Origin: an uncultured bacterium
Lineage (GTDB): Bacteria > SAR324 > NAC60-12
NCBI GenBank assembly: GCA_965662845.1
Contig: CBFIJD010000049.1
Span: 7,839 to 18,503, forward strand
Direction of reading: 5' to 3'
Length of the DNA stretch: 10,665 nucleotides
The notes under the pieces are model-generated. The model had not been told where the DNA came from and did no database searches. It saw nothing but the letters and a program-made list of their open reading frames with translations. The position numbers and the translations under genes are program-made. Below are positions 1 through 7,170 of the stretch, piece by piece; positions within the stretch are counted from its first letter, which is position 1, and every line of letters starts with the position of its first letter.

Positions 1-1335
1 TGCCATGGCCAACTCGGCTTCGGGGTAGCTGTGGTCGTTGAGTTTACCGGCGAAGTAGTCCGTGTAGGCCTGCATGTCGAAGTGACCGTGTCCGCACAAG
101 TTGAAGAGAATGTTCTCGCGCTTGCCTTCCTCCTTGCAGCGCAGCGCCTCGTCGATCGCTCCGCGGACCGCGTGGTTGGCTTCGGGCGCGGGCAGGATGC
201 CTTCAGCGCGGGCAAACATCACTCCGGCCTCAAAGCAGGTGAGCTGTGGATAGGCCTTCGCTTCGATCAACCCCAGCTCCTTGAGGTGGCTAATGAGCGG
301 AGCCATGCCGTGATAGCGCAATCCCCCCGCGTGGAACCCTGGCGGCACGAAGGTCGAGCCGAGCGTGTGCATCTTGGTGAGCGGGGTGAGATGCGCCGTG
401 TCACCGAAGTCGTAAGCATACTTGCCTTTGGTGAGCGACGGACAAGACGCCGGCTCCACCGCGACGAGGCGCACGTCGGGTCCGCCGCGCAGCTTCTCGC
501 CCAAGAACGGGAACACGATCCCTGCGAAGTTGGACCCACCTCCGGTACACCCCACGATCACGTCAGGATAGGCGTCGGCCATCGCCATCTGCTCAATCGC
601 TTCTTCTCCCACGACCGTCTGGTGCAGCAACACATGGTTCAGCACGCTGCCGAGCGCGTATTTGGTGTCGTCGCGTTGTGCTGCCAGCTCGACGGCCTCA
701 GAGATGGCGATGCCCAAGCTCCCCGTGGAGTCTGGGTTCTGTGCCAAAATGTGGCGTCCAGACTCGGTTTTGTCTGAGGGCGAGGCGACGCAGGCCGCGC
801 CGTACGACTCCATCAACGCGCGGCGGTAGGGCTTCTGCTGATAGCTGACCTTCACCATGAAGACCTCGATTTCGAGGTTGAACAGGGCGCCAGCAAAGGA
901 CAGCGATGAGCCCCACTGTCCGGCCCCCGTCTCCGTCGTGATGCGCTTCACGCCAGCTTCTTTGTTGTAGAACGCTTGCGCGACGGCGGTGTTGGGTTTG
1001 TGGCTCCCGGCGGGGCTGACGCCCTCGTATTTGTAGAAGATGCGAGCGGGGGTATCGAGGACTTGCTCCAGACGGCGCGCACGGAAGAGCGGCGTGGGGC
1101 GCCACTGGCGATAGATGTCTCGCACAGGGTTGGGGATCTCAATCTGGCGCTCCGTCGCGACCTCTTGCAGGATCAGCGACATCGGGAACAGCGGCGCGAG
1201 GTCATCGGGTCCGACGGGCTGCTTGGTTCCAGGATGCAGCACAGGCGGGGGCGGCTGTGGTAGGTCCGCCATGAGGTTGTACCAATGCTTCGGAATTCGA
1301 TCTTCAGACAGCAAGTATTTGACAGAGTCGCTCAT
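1..1335 (-). CDS. trpB2: Tryptophan synthase beta chain, TrpB2 type (PLP-dependent TrpB-like enzyme); 3' end lies outside the window
   Basis: Manual translation from ATG at 1335, preceded by [32 protein letters not shown]...[15 protein letters not shown] (PLP Lys codon at 997-999)...[10 protein letters not shown]...[15 protein letters not shown]...[11 protein letters not shown]...HAGGLRYHG...PAPEANHA...[11 protein letters not shown]...YPEAELAMA. The frame is open for 445 codons to base 1. It is missing from the ORF track because it has no stop in the window. Confidence 0.95.
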   Translation of the reverse strand, partial: MSDSVKYLLSEDRIPKHWYNLMADLPQPPPPVLHPGTKQPVGPDDLAPLFPMSLILQEVATERQIEIPNPVRDIYRQWRPTPLFRARRLEQVLDTPARIFYKYEGVSPAGSHKPNTAVAQAFYNKEAGVKRITTETGAGQWGSSLSFAGALFNLEIEVFMVKVSYQQKPYRRALMESYGAACVASPSDKTESGRHILAQNPDSTGSLGIAISEAVELAAQRDDTKYALGSVLNHVLLHQTVVGEEAIEQMAMADAYPDVIVGCTGGGSNFAGIVFPFLGEKLRGGPDVRLVAVEPASCPSLTKGKYAYDFGDTAHLTPLTKMHTLGSTFVPPGFHAGGLRYHGMAPLISHLKELGLIEAKAYPQLTCFEAGVMFARAEGILPAPEANHAVRGAIDEALRCKEEGKRENILFNLCGHGHFDMQAYTDYFAGKLNDHSYPEAELAMA

Positions 1336-1382
1336 GAGACCTCCCAAGGGATTTGAAGAAATGCGCAAAACGAAAGCGAGAA

Positions 1383-1411
1383 ACCGTAGCGAATTCAGCG
1401 CATAAGCGCAA
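1383..1411 (-). promoter_or_regulatory. Putative sigma70 promoter for trpB2
   Basis: Minus strand TTGCGC (1411-1406), 17-nt spacer, TACGGT (1388-1383), about 47 nt upstream of the ATG. Only a partial consensus match. Confidence 0.35.
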
Positions 1412-1528
1412 ATGTTTCAATGGCGTGACAACGGCGGATTTTCTAGCGAGGAGCCTTGGCCCACGCGTTGTTTCCAACCGGTTCTCTGAGCGGGAGCGCC
1501 CGGCCTTTCGCCCAAAACTTCACCACGT

Positions 1529-1545
1529 CGCTCAAATTTTATGCA
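1529..1545. promoter_or_regulatory. Putative NtrC-type enhancer (UAS) for the amt sigma54 promoter
   Basis: CGCTCAAATTTTATGCA is 17 bp with GC-N11-GC and an AT-rich core, resembling TGCACCA-N3-TGGTGCA. It is centred about 135 bp upstream of the predicted TSS. A similar half-site, CGCCCAAAA, lies 20 bp upstream at 1509-1517. Confidence 0.55.
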
Positions 1546-1587
1546 TGCGAGACGCCTTGCGAGGGGGTTCCGCGCCTCGCCTGAAAA

Positions 1588-1617
1588 ACAGATTTGTTGC
1601 ATAAAATCTGTGGTTTA
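1588..1617. promoter_or_regulatory. 24-bp imperfect palindrome overlapping an IHF-like site, between enhancer and sigma54 promoter
   Basis: ACAGATTT-GT-TGCA-TA-AAATCTGT at 1588-1611. AATCTGTGGTTTA (1605-1617) matches WATCARNNNNTTR with one mismatch. Confidence 0.45.
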
Positions 1618-1645
1618 GCCTGCTAGAGACCCCACAACGCATTTC

Positions 1646-1661
1646 CGGCATATCCTCTGCT
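1646..1661 (+). promoter_or_regulatory. Sigma54 (-24/-12) promoter of amt
   Basis: CGGCATATCCTCTGCT has GG(1647-48)-N10-GC(1659-60), matching TGGCAC-N5-TTGCW. It lies upstream of a nitrogen-regulated gene class and is accompanied by UAS-like and IHF-like sites. Confidence 0.7.
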
Positions 1662-1707
1662 GAAGGAACACTTTCTCACATTTGCTAACTCCATGCAGAG
1701 GGACAGA

Positions 1708-2922
1708 ATGGAATTCTCCGCAGAGATGAAATACGTACTGGATACGATCTGGTTATTGATCAGCGGCGCGCTGGTGATGTGGATGGCCGCCGGTTTTGCC
1801 ATGCTTGAGGCCGGCATGGTCCGCTCCAAAAATGTCACCGCGATCCTCACAAAGAACATCGCGCTCTACGCCGTCGCCTGCCTCGCCTACTACGTGGTGG
1901 GCTACAACCTGATGTACGGTGAAGGCAACGCGCTGATAGGGAGCGGTTTTGCGTTGATGGGGACCTCGGCAGATGGCCACAGCCTGCTGTCGGACTTCTT
2001 TTTTCAGGTGGTGTTTGTGGCGACGACAGCCTCGATTGTCTCGGGGACGGTCGCCGAGCGCATCCGCTTCTGGCCTTTCATCATCTTCACCACCGTCCTT
2101 GCCGCGGTGATCTATCCGATTCAGGGGCACTGGTCGTGGGGCGGCTCGGAGTTAGGCGGCTTGATGAGCGGCTTCAGCGACTTCGCGGGCTCTACAATTG
2201 TGCACTCTGTCGGCGGCTGGTGCGCGCTCACAGGAGCGCTTCTGCTCGGTGCGCGCAAAGGGAAGTATGACTCTCGTGGGAACGTCCACCCCATTCCCGC
2301 CTCCAACCTGCCGATTGCGACGCTTGGCACCTTCATTTTGTGGTTAGGGTGGTTCGGCTTCAACGGAGGATCTCAGCTTGCGCTGGGCTCCAAAGAAGAT
2401 GTGGACGCGATCTCTGCCGTGATGGCCAACACCAACATCGCCGCCTGCGCAGGAGCGGTTGTTGGGATGATCCTGACACAAGTTTTGTTCAAGAAGGTGG
2501 ACTTGACGATGGTGCTGAATGGGGCCCTCGCTGGGCTCGTCGCGATTACGGCAGGCCCTGACTATCCTAGCTTGGGCGTAGCGTGCTTGATTGGTGGCAT
2601 TGGCGGCGCGCTCGTGGTCTTTGCGGTGCCCTTCTTTGATCGGATCAAAGTCGATGATCCGGTGGGCGCCTTGTCGGTTCACTTGGTCAACGGCATTTGG
2701 GGAACGCTCGCCGTGGGAATTTTTGGGAGCGCGTCCTTGCTAGACCAAATCGTGGGGATTGTCACAGTCGGCGTCTACACCGTCGTGTTCAGCGGGGTAG
2801 TTTGGTATGGGATCAAAATCACGCTGGGGCTGCGGGTCTCTGAAGAAGAGGAATACGCGGGCTCCGACGAAGAAGAGTTTGGCATGCACAGCTATCCTGA
2901 GTTTGGCTCGCGTAGCCTCTGA
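1708..2922 (+). CDS. amtB: Ammonium transporter (Amt family)
   Basis: Motifs AGFAMLEAG, FFQVVF, HWSWGG, DFAGSTIVH (first of the twin His), LWLGWFGFNGGS, NGALAGLVAITAG, DDPVGALSVH (second His), GLRVSEEEE. Start placed at ATG 1708 because AGAGGG lies 5 nt upstream; the ORF track starts at 1693. Confidence 0.97.
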   Translation: MEFSAEMKYVLDTIWLLISGALVMWMAAGFAMLEAGMVRSKNVTAILTKNIALYAVACLAYYVVGYNLMYGEGNALIGSGFALMGTSADGHSLLSDFFFQVVFVATTASIVSGTVAERIRFWPFIIFTTVLAAVIYPIQGHWSWGGSELGGLMSGFSDFAGSTIVHSVGGWCALTGALLLGARKGKYDSRGNVHPIPASNLPIATLGTFILWLGWFGFNGGSQLALGSKEDVDAISAVMANTNIAACAGAVVGMILTQVLFKKVDLTMVLNGALAGLVAITAGPDYPSLGVACLIGGIGGALVVFAVPFFDRIKVDDPVGALSVHLVNGIWGTLAVGIFGSASLLDQIVGIVTVGVYTVVFSGVVWYGIKITLGLRVSEEEEYAGSDEEEFGMHSYPEFGSRSL

Positions 2923-2930
2923 TGCCCGCC

Positions 2931-2995
2931 GGATTTCGACGCCCTCCTCCCTCGTCGAAGTCCTCTCTTGCCCCGCTGATCCTCCTTGGCGGGGC
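2931..2995 (+). other. Tandem hairpins with C-rich loops between convergent amt and pyk (terminator/stabiliser or 3'UTR-derived sRNA)
   Basis: Hairpin 1: GGATTTCGACG (2931-41) / CGTCGAAGTCC (2953-63), loop CCCTCCTCCCT. Hairpin 2: GCCCCGCTGA (2970-79) / TTGGCGGGGC (2986-95), loop TCCTCC. All non-Watson-Crick pairs are G-U on the + strand. Confidence 0.65.
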
Positions 2996-3009
2996 TTACA
3001 CACCTTCCC

Positions 3010-4419
3010 TTACGGGACTTTCCGCACTTGCAGCGAGTTCACAAACCCTTCGGCGGTGAGGATGTTCGCCAGCACCATAAACTGATCTCCCTGCACATAT
3101 CCCTCTTTATCGCGCAACGTCCGCAGCGCCTGCTCAATCGTGAACTCAGGGTTGATCGAAAAGTCATCGACCATGAACGGATATACAGAGCGACAGAACA
3201 ACAGCGTGCGATAGGTGCGCTCGGTGTTCGTAAACGCGTAAATCGGCAGGCCGCGTGGGCGCATGTTGGCGATGTATTCGGCGCCTCGGCCAAACTGCGT
3301 GATGACGATAAAGCCTTTGAACTGCATTTCTGAAGCGATGTTGGCTGCTGCCGACGCCAAGTGCATCCGGGGGCTCTGCAACGCCATCTTGCGAGCGTAG
3401 TCGACTCCCGGAAACCGCTCGGTGCGCTTGACGATGCGGGCGAGCGTCTCCACGGCCTCAATCGGATGCTTGCCTGTCGCTGTCTCTCCAGAGAGCATCA
3501 CCGCGTCCGCTTGCTCATAGACCGCGTTGGCCACGTCGGTCACCTCTGCGCGTGTTGGGACCGGGTTCTCAATCATCGACTCGAGCAAGTGAGTCGCGAC
3601 GATCAGCCGCTTGCCTTGGGTCGCCGCCAAGAACGCCATCCGGCGCTGTAGCTGCGGCAGCTCTTCCATGTCGACCTCTAGGCCAAGGTCTCCGCGCGCG
3701 ACCATGATGCCGTCGGCTTCTTGCAGGATGCTCTCTAAGTTGTCGACCCCCTCTTGGTTCTCAATCTTGGCGATGATCTTCATGCCTTTGCAGCTATCGC
3801 CCAGAACCTCTTTCGCTTCTCGGATCGCGTCTGCGTTGCGCACAAAAGAGAGCGCGATGCCGTCTAAGTCCATCTCCCGCGCAAAGAGCAAATCTTCTCG
3901 GTCTTTGGGGGTGATGGACGGCAGCTGCACAATGACGCCGGGCAGGTTCACGTGCCGTCGCCCTTTGACGAAGCCCCCGTGGATCACTTCGCAGCGCATG
4001 TAGTCGGTCTCTTTTGCCAGCACTCGCAACTTCACCAGCCCGCTGTCTACCGAGAGGCACTGCCCCACGGTCACCTCTTCAATGAGGTGCTGATAGTTCA
4101 CGTGCAGCGTCTTCACCTCTGGCGCCGCGACCTCGTCGGTGGGCGGAACCGTCACACGAATCTCTTCGCCGACGGCCAAGTCCATTTCATTGAGCCCCGT
4201 GCGAATTTCAGGGCCTTGGGTGTCGAGCAGGATCGCAACGGGATACTTCAGAGTGCGGTTGAGGTCGCGCACATTGCGGACGACTTCTCCGTGAGAGGTG
4301 TGGTCTCCGTGAGACATATTCAGGCGCGCGATGTTCATGCCTGCCTGCTGCAACTGCGCGAGCATGTGCGGGGACTTGCTCGCCGGACCAATCGTGCAGA
4401 TGATTTTCGTACAGATCAT
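3010..4419 (-). CDS. pyk: Pyruvate kinase
   Basis: Motifs TKIICTIGPAS, ARLNMSHG, LDTQGPEIRTG, IIAKIEN, MVARGDLG, PTRAEVTDVANAV, DAVMLSGETA. Start placed at ATG 4419 with GGAG 7 nt upstream; the ORF track uses TTG 4431. Confidence 0.97.
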   Translation of the reverse strand: MICTKIICTIGPASKSPHMLAQLQQAGMNIARLNMSHGDHTSHGEVVRNVRDLNRTLKYPVAILLDTQGPEIRTGLNEMDLAVGEEIRVTVPPTDEVAAPEVKTLHVNYQHLIEEVTVGQCLSVDSGLVKLRVLAKETDYMRCEVIHGGFVKGRRHVNLPGVIVQLPSITPKDREDLLFAREMDLDGIALSFVRNADAIREAKEVLGDSCKGMKIIAKIENQEGVDNLESILQEADGIMVARGDLGLEVDMEELPQLQRRMAFLAATQGKRLIVATHLLESMIENPVPTRAEVTDVANAVYEQADAVMLSGETATGKHPIEAVETLARIVKRTERFPGVDYARKMALQSPRMHLASAAANIASEMQFKGFIVITQFGRGAEYIANMRPRGLPIYAFTNTERTYRTLLFCRSVYPFMVDDFSINPEFTIEQALRTLRDKEGYVQGDQFMVLANILTAEGFVNSLQVRKVP

Positions 4420-4448
4420 GCTCTTCTCCAAAGTGAGGGGGTGTCGGG

Positions 4449-5276
4449 TTAGGAACGAGTGAAGGAACGAATGATTTCTTGGAGCTCTGCCGTGGTCGAG
4501 GTCACCAAGCAGTCTTCGGGGGCGGTCGCAAGCTCACACAGCGCCTGCTGCACGGGGCTCCTGGGAGCAACCCCAAAGCCGATCGTCTTGACCGCGATGT
4601 CGTCTGCCTGCTTGGCCGCTTGTTGCACTTGCGTCAGCTGAATCGGCGATGTGCCGTCGTCTTGCCCATCGGCGAGCAGTACAATCACTTTGAAGCGCTG
4701 GACATTCTTTTCCGGGAGTTGGTAGCTTGACGAACGAAAGTAGCGCAGGGCTTCAAACAACGCCTGATAGAGATTGGTCCCTCCGCGGGTCTCCAGCCCT
4801 TGGATCTCTTGTTGCAGATGCTGCCGTACGGGAGACCCGAGCGGCCCAATTTCTTCGAACACGACCTCTTTAGACGAGACAGCCGGCGAATTCGGGTGCT
4901 GTTTCAAACGTGCGTTGAAACTCCAGAGCTGGAAGCGCGTGCCTTCTTTCATGTTGCTGGCGAAGAACAACAGCGCGTTTTTGGCGGCCTCCAACCGGCT
5001 CACCTTCTGGCCCTCAAGCCGAGCATCCATGGAGCCGGAGGTGTCTAACACAAAGATCACATCAGAGATCGAAATCTCTGCTGGGATGGGCTTGGGCGCC
5101 TGAGGTTCCTGCTGCGGCGCTGGCGGAGGGGGCTCTGGCACCACCACAGGACGCGGGGGCGGCGGCTCTGGGCGGCGACGCGGCGTCCCAAAAAAATCGG
5201 TGCCTTGGGCCCCTAGCTCGAGCGGCAGCAACAGGCACCATCCTAAGATCACAACCCACCCAAATCGTATCCGCAT
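4449..5276 (-). CDS. Exported von Willebrand factor A (VWA) domain protein with Pro-rich linker
   Basis: Signal-peptide-like N-terminus (MRIRFGWVVILGWCLLLPLELGA), Pro-rich stretch, and a complete MIDAS: VIFVLDTSGSM, GGTNL, IVLLADGQD. Also has TIGFG and a C-terminal Cys pair. Ends 29 nt before the pyk ATG, so co-transcription is possible. Confidence 0.88.
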   Translation of the reverse strand: MRIRFGWVVILGWCLLLPLELGAQGTDFFGTPRRRPEPPPPRPVVVPEPPPPAPQQEPQAPKPIPAEISISDVIFVLDTSGSMDARLEGQKVSRLEAAKNALLFFASNMKEGTRFQLWSFNARLKQHPNSPAVSSKEVVFEEIGPLGSPVRQHLQQEIQGLETRGGTNLYQALFEALRYFRSSSYQLPEKNVQRFKVIVLLADGQDDGTSPIQLTQVQQAAKQADDIAVKTIGFGVAPRSPVQQALCELATAPEDCLVTSTTAELQEIIRSFTRS

Positions 5277-6477
5277 GACTTCGACTCAAATTTATTTGGA
5301 TTACAACGCGACCGCGCCGCCGCTTCCGAGTGTCTTGCGCAAACTTCAAGAAGTGTCCGCGTCTTGTTTTGGCAACCCTTCCAGTCCTCACAGAGCAGGC
5401 CGCCAAGCAAAAACCTTGTTAGAAGACGCGCGCCAGAGCATCGCAGATCAGCTCGGCATCGCGCGCCAAGAGCTGTTCTTCACCAGCGGAGGCAGCGAGA
5501 GCAACAACGCGATCCTGCGACAATTTGTTTTGTCGGACAAGCCAAATCACTGGATTTTGTCACCGCTGGAACATCCTTCTCTCCTCGAGACCGCTCACTT
5601 GCTGGCCGAAGCGGGGAGAGTGGACGTGAGCTTGCTGCCGGTTTTGCCTTCGGGGCAAGTGGATGTGGCCAGTCTGCCAGAGTTGATCCGCCCCGAAACG
5701 TCTCTCCTGAGCGTCATGAGCGCCAACAATGAGACTGGGGTGGTGCAACCCATCGCAGAGCTGCAGCAGATCGCGGCTGAGCATCACGTCCGCTTGCACA
5801 CCGACAGCGTGCAGATGCTGGGACGTATGCCGCTATCTTGGCGAGATTGGCAAGTCGATTATGCGACCGCGACCGCCCACAAACTCGGAGGTCCACGCGG
5901 CATTGGGCTGCTCTATCTGCGCGAGGGGAGCCCGTTTCAACCCTTGGTCACTGGCGGCAAACAAGAGCGCGTCCGGCGCGCCGGCACAGAGAGCGTCGCT
6001 CTGGCGGTCGGTTTTGCCGAAGCCATCACACAGGCCCTCGCCCAGCGAGAGACCCTCGCCCAGCGGCTCTCTGCGTTTCAGCAACAGATCCTCAGGGACC
6101 TAGAGGGACTGGAAGGTTTTTTCTTGAATGGCGACCGCCAACGGCTCCTCCCCAACACGCTCAACGTCGGTTTTCGGGGGCTCAGCGCCGAGACGCTGCT
6201 GATCTCCTTAGATTTGGACAACATCGCCGTCTCCACGGGCGCGGCGTGTTCTTCTGGGGCGCTAGAGGCGAGCCACGTCTTGCTGGCGATGGGGCTCTCC
6301 CGCGCCGAGGCCAAGGCCAGTCTTCGCTTGAGCATGGGCTGGAACACGCAGCAATCCGACATCGACACTCTGCTCGAACGCCTCACGTACCACGTTCAGC
6401 GCCAGCGCGACAAACAGGCGCGCAAACGCGCCCGAGTCACCAAGCCTGCCGCACCTGCGTCGCCGTCAACCGCGTAG
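5275..6477 (+). CDS. iscS: Cysteine desulfurase, group I (NifS/IscS family)
   Basis: IYLDYNATAP, GNPSSPH, FTSGGSESNN, EHPS, SVMSANNETG, HTDSVQ, TAHKLGGPRG (PLP Lys), RAGTE, STGAACSSG (catalytic Cys), SHVLLAMG. The family N-terminus starts at ATG 5275, not 5200. Assignment as iscS versus nifS cannot be resolved. Confidence 0.93.
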   Translation: MTSTQIYLDYNATAPPLPSVLRKLQEVSASCFGNPSSPHRAGRQAKTLLEDARQSIADQLGIARQELFFTSGGSESNNAILRQFVLSDKPNHWILSPLEHPSLLETAHLLAEAGRVDVSLLPVLPSGQVDVASLPELIRPETSLLSVMSANNETGVVQPIAELQQIAAEHHVRLHTDSVQMLGRMPLSWRDWQVDYATATAHKLGGPRGIGLLYLREGSPFQPLVTGGKQERVRRAGTESVALAVGFAEAITQALAQRETLAQRLSAFQQQILRDLEGLEGFFLNGDRQRLLPNTLNVGFRGLSAETLLISLDLDNIAVSTGAACSSGALEASHVLLAMGLSRAEAKASLRLSMGWNTQQSDIDTLLERLTYHVQRQRDKQARKRARVTKPAAPASPSTA

Positions 6478-6478
6478 C
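6402..6478 (+). repeat. Direct repeat copy 1 (77 bp), comprising the last 24 codons plus stop of the cysteine desulfurase
   Basis: ccagcgcgacaaacaggcgcgcaaacgcgcccgagtc---accaagcctgccgcacctgcgtcgccgtcaaccgcgtagc aligns to 8819-8898. The first 37 bp are identical, followed by one 3-bp indel and three substitutions. Confidence 0.95.
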
Positions 6479-6979
6479 TGAGAACACCTGCGCGATCGCC
6501 CAGTCTGCTCCCTGCACATGCCGCAGATAAAACACCGCGTCTGGGTGCTCAAACGAAGGCGCCACCTCTGCCGCTGTAGAAGGCAGACGCACCCCTAAGC
6601 GCTCGGCCACCGGCGCAAGCTCCTGCTCTGTCAGGTGATACCCCACAAAATCGAGATGAAACGAGCGCGCGTACTCCTCGACCGCAGAGGGCGGAAGCTG
6701 CCACGCAATGTTCACCAGCCCCACCTGCACCGCAGCGTCTAGCTCTCCTGATTCCTGCACTTGTCGCAGCCGCTCCATGCCCACCGGACACACGTCTCCA
6801 CACCCAGGAAAGCCCAAAAACAGCAGGGCGCGGGGCGGCTGTGGTGGCAAAAACGGCAAGCGCACCACTTTGCCAGAGCTGGGCATCGGCAGCCACGGCA
6901 AGGCAAAGAGCAGCCCCAGCAACGCCAGCAGCAACGCGCCGCCTCCCCACCACAACTGACTCTGCCGCTTCTCAATCAT
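6437..6979 (-). CDS. SCO/SenC-family thioredoxin-fold copper-binding protein, membrane anchored, divergent
   Basis: N-terminal hydrophobic helix; LLFLGFPGCGDVCP (CxxxC, compare FGFTxCPDVCP); AVEEYARSFHLDFVG; SFEHPDAVFYL (conserved His, compare xxDHSxxxYL). Start placed at ATG 6979 (180 aa). The 3' end overlaps the desulfurase by 41 nt. Confidence 0.8.
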   Translation of the reverse strand: MIEKRQSQLWWGGGALLLALLGLLFALPWLPMPSSGKVVRLPFLPPQPPRALLFLGFPGCGDVCPVGMERLRQVQESGELDAAVQVGLVNIAWQLPPSAVEEYARSFHLDFVGYHLTEQELAPVAERLGVRLPSTAAEVAPSFEHPDAVFYLRHVQGADWAIAQVFSATRLTATQVRQAW

Positions 6980-7066
6980 AGCTTTCTCACGCAGTTTTCT
7001 TGTTTTTTGAGAAAAGACTCTCTCAGAAGGAATTTCCCCCTGCACGCAAGGGAGATTTTCTTTGCA

Positions 7067-7079
7067 TTTCAGTGGTTTA
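7067..7079 (+). promoter_or_regulatory. IHF-like site upstream of the MCP sigma54 promoter
   Basis: TTTCAGTGGTTTA matches WATCARNNNNTTR with one mismatch, in an AT-rich context about 38 bp upstream of the -24 GG. Confidence 0.4.
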
Positions 7080-7115
7080 CCTCATTCTTCGCGGATCACT
7101 CACCTCCTCCAGAAA

Positions 7116-7131
7116 CGGCACTTTCTTTGCG
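7116..7131 (+). promoter_or_regulatory. Sigma54 (-24/-12) promoter of the chemoreceptor gene
   Basis: CGGCACTTTCTTTGCG is GGCAC-N5-TTGC, with GG at 7117-18 and GC at 7129-30, 40 nt upstream of ATG 7171. Confidence 0.75.
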
Positions 7132-7170
7132 TTTCATCTTGGTTTTGCCTCACCGTTGGAAGGAAGCACT

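Noticed and set aside
31..777. 248-aa plus-strand ORF (also 976-1263)
   Set aside because: Antisense shadow of trpB2, which has all family motifs on the minus strand.
1336..1500. Trp attenuator or T-box upstream of trpB2
   Set aside because: No short ORF with tandem Trp codons and no T-box motif. The TGCGC/GCGCA inverted repeats are short and overlap the putative promoter.
5095..5185. G-rich low-complexity tract (possible repeat or G-quadruplex)
   Set aside because: Explained by proline codons of the VWA protein linker on the minus strand.
5200..5274. Upstream extension of the cysteine desulfurase
   Set aside because: Lies within the VWA signal-peptide coding region; the family N-terminus begins at ATG 5275.
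7000..7170. 57-codon N-terminal extension of the MCP (and the 22-codon extension of SCO to 7045) in the ORF track
   Set aside because: The region is AT-rich and contains the sigma54 promoter. A good RBS precedes ATG 7171, and the two extensions would overlap each other.
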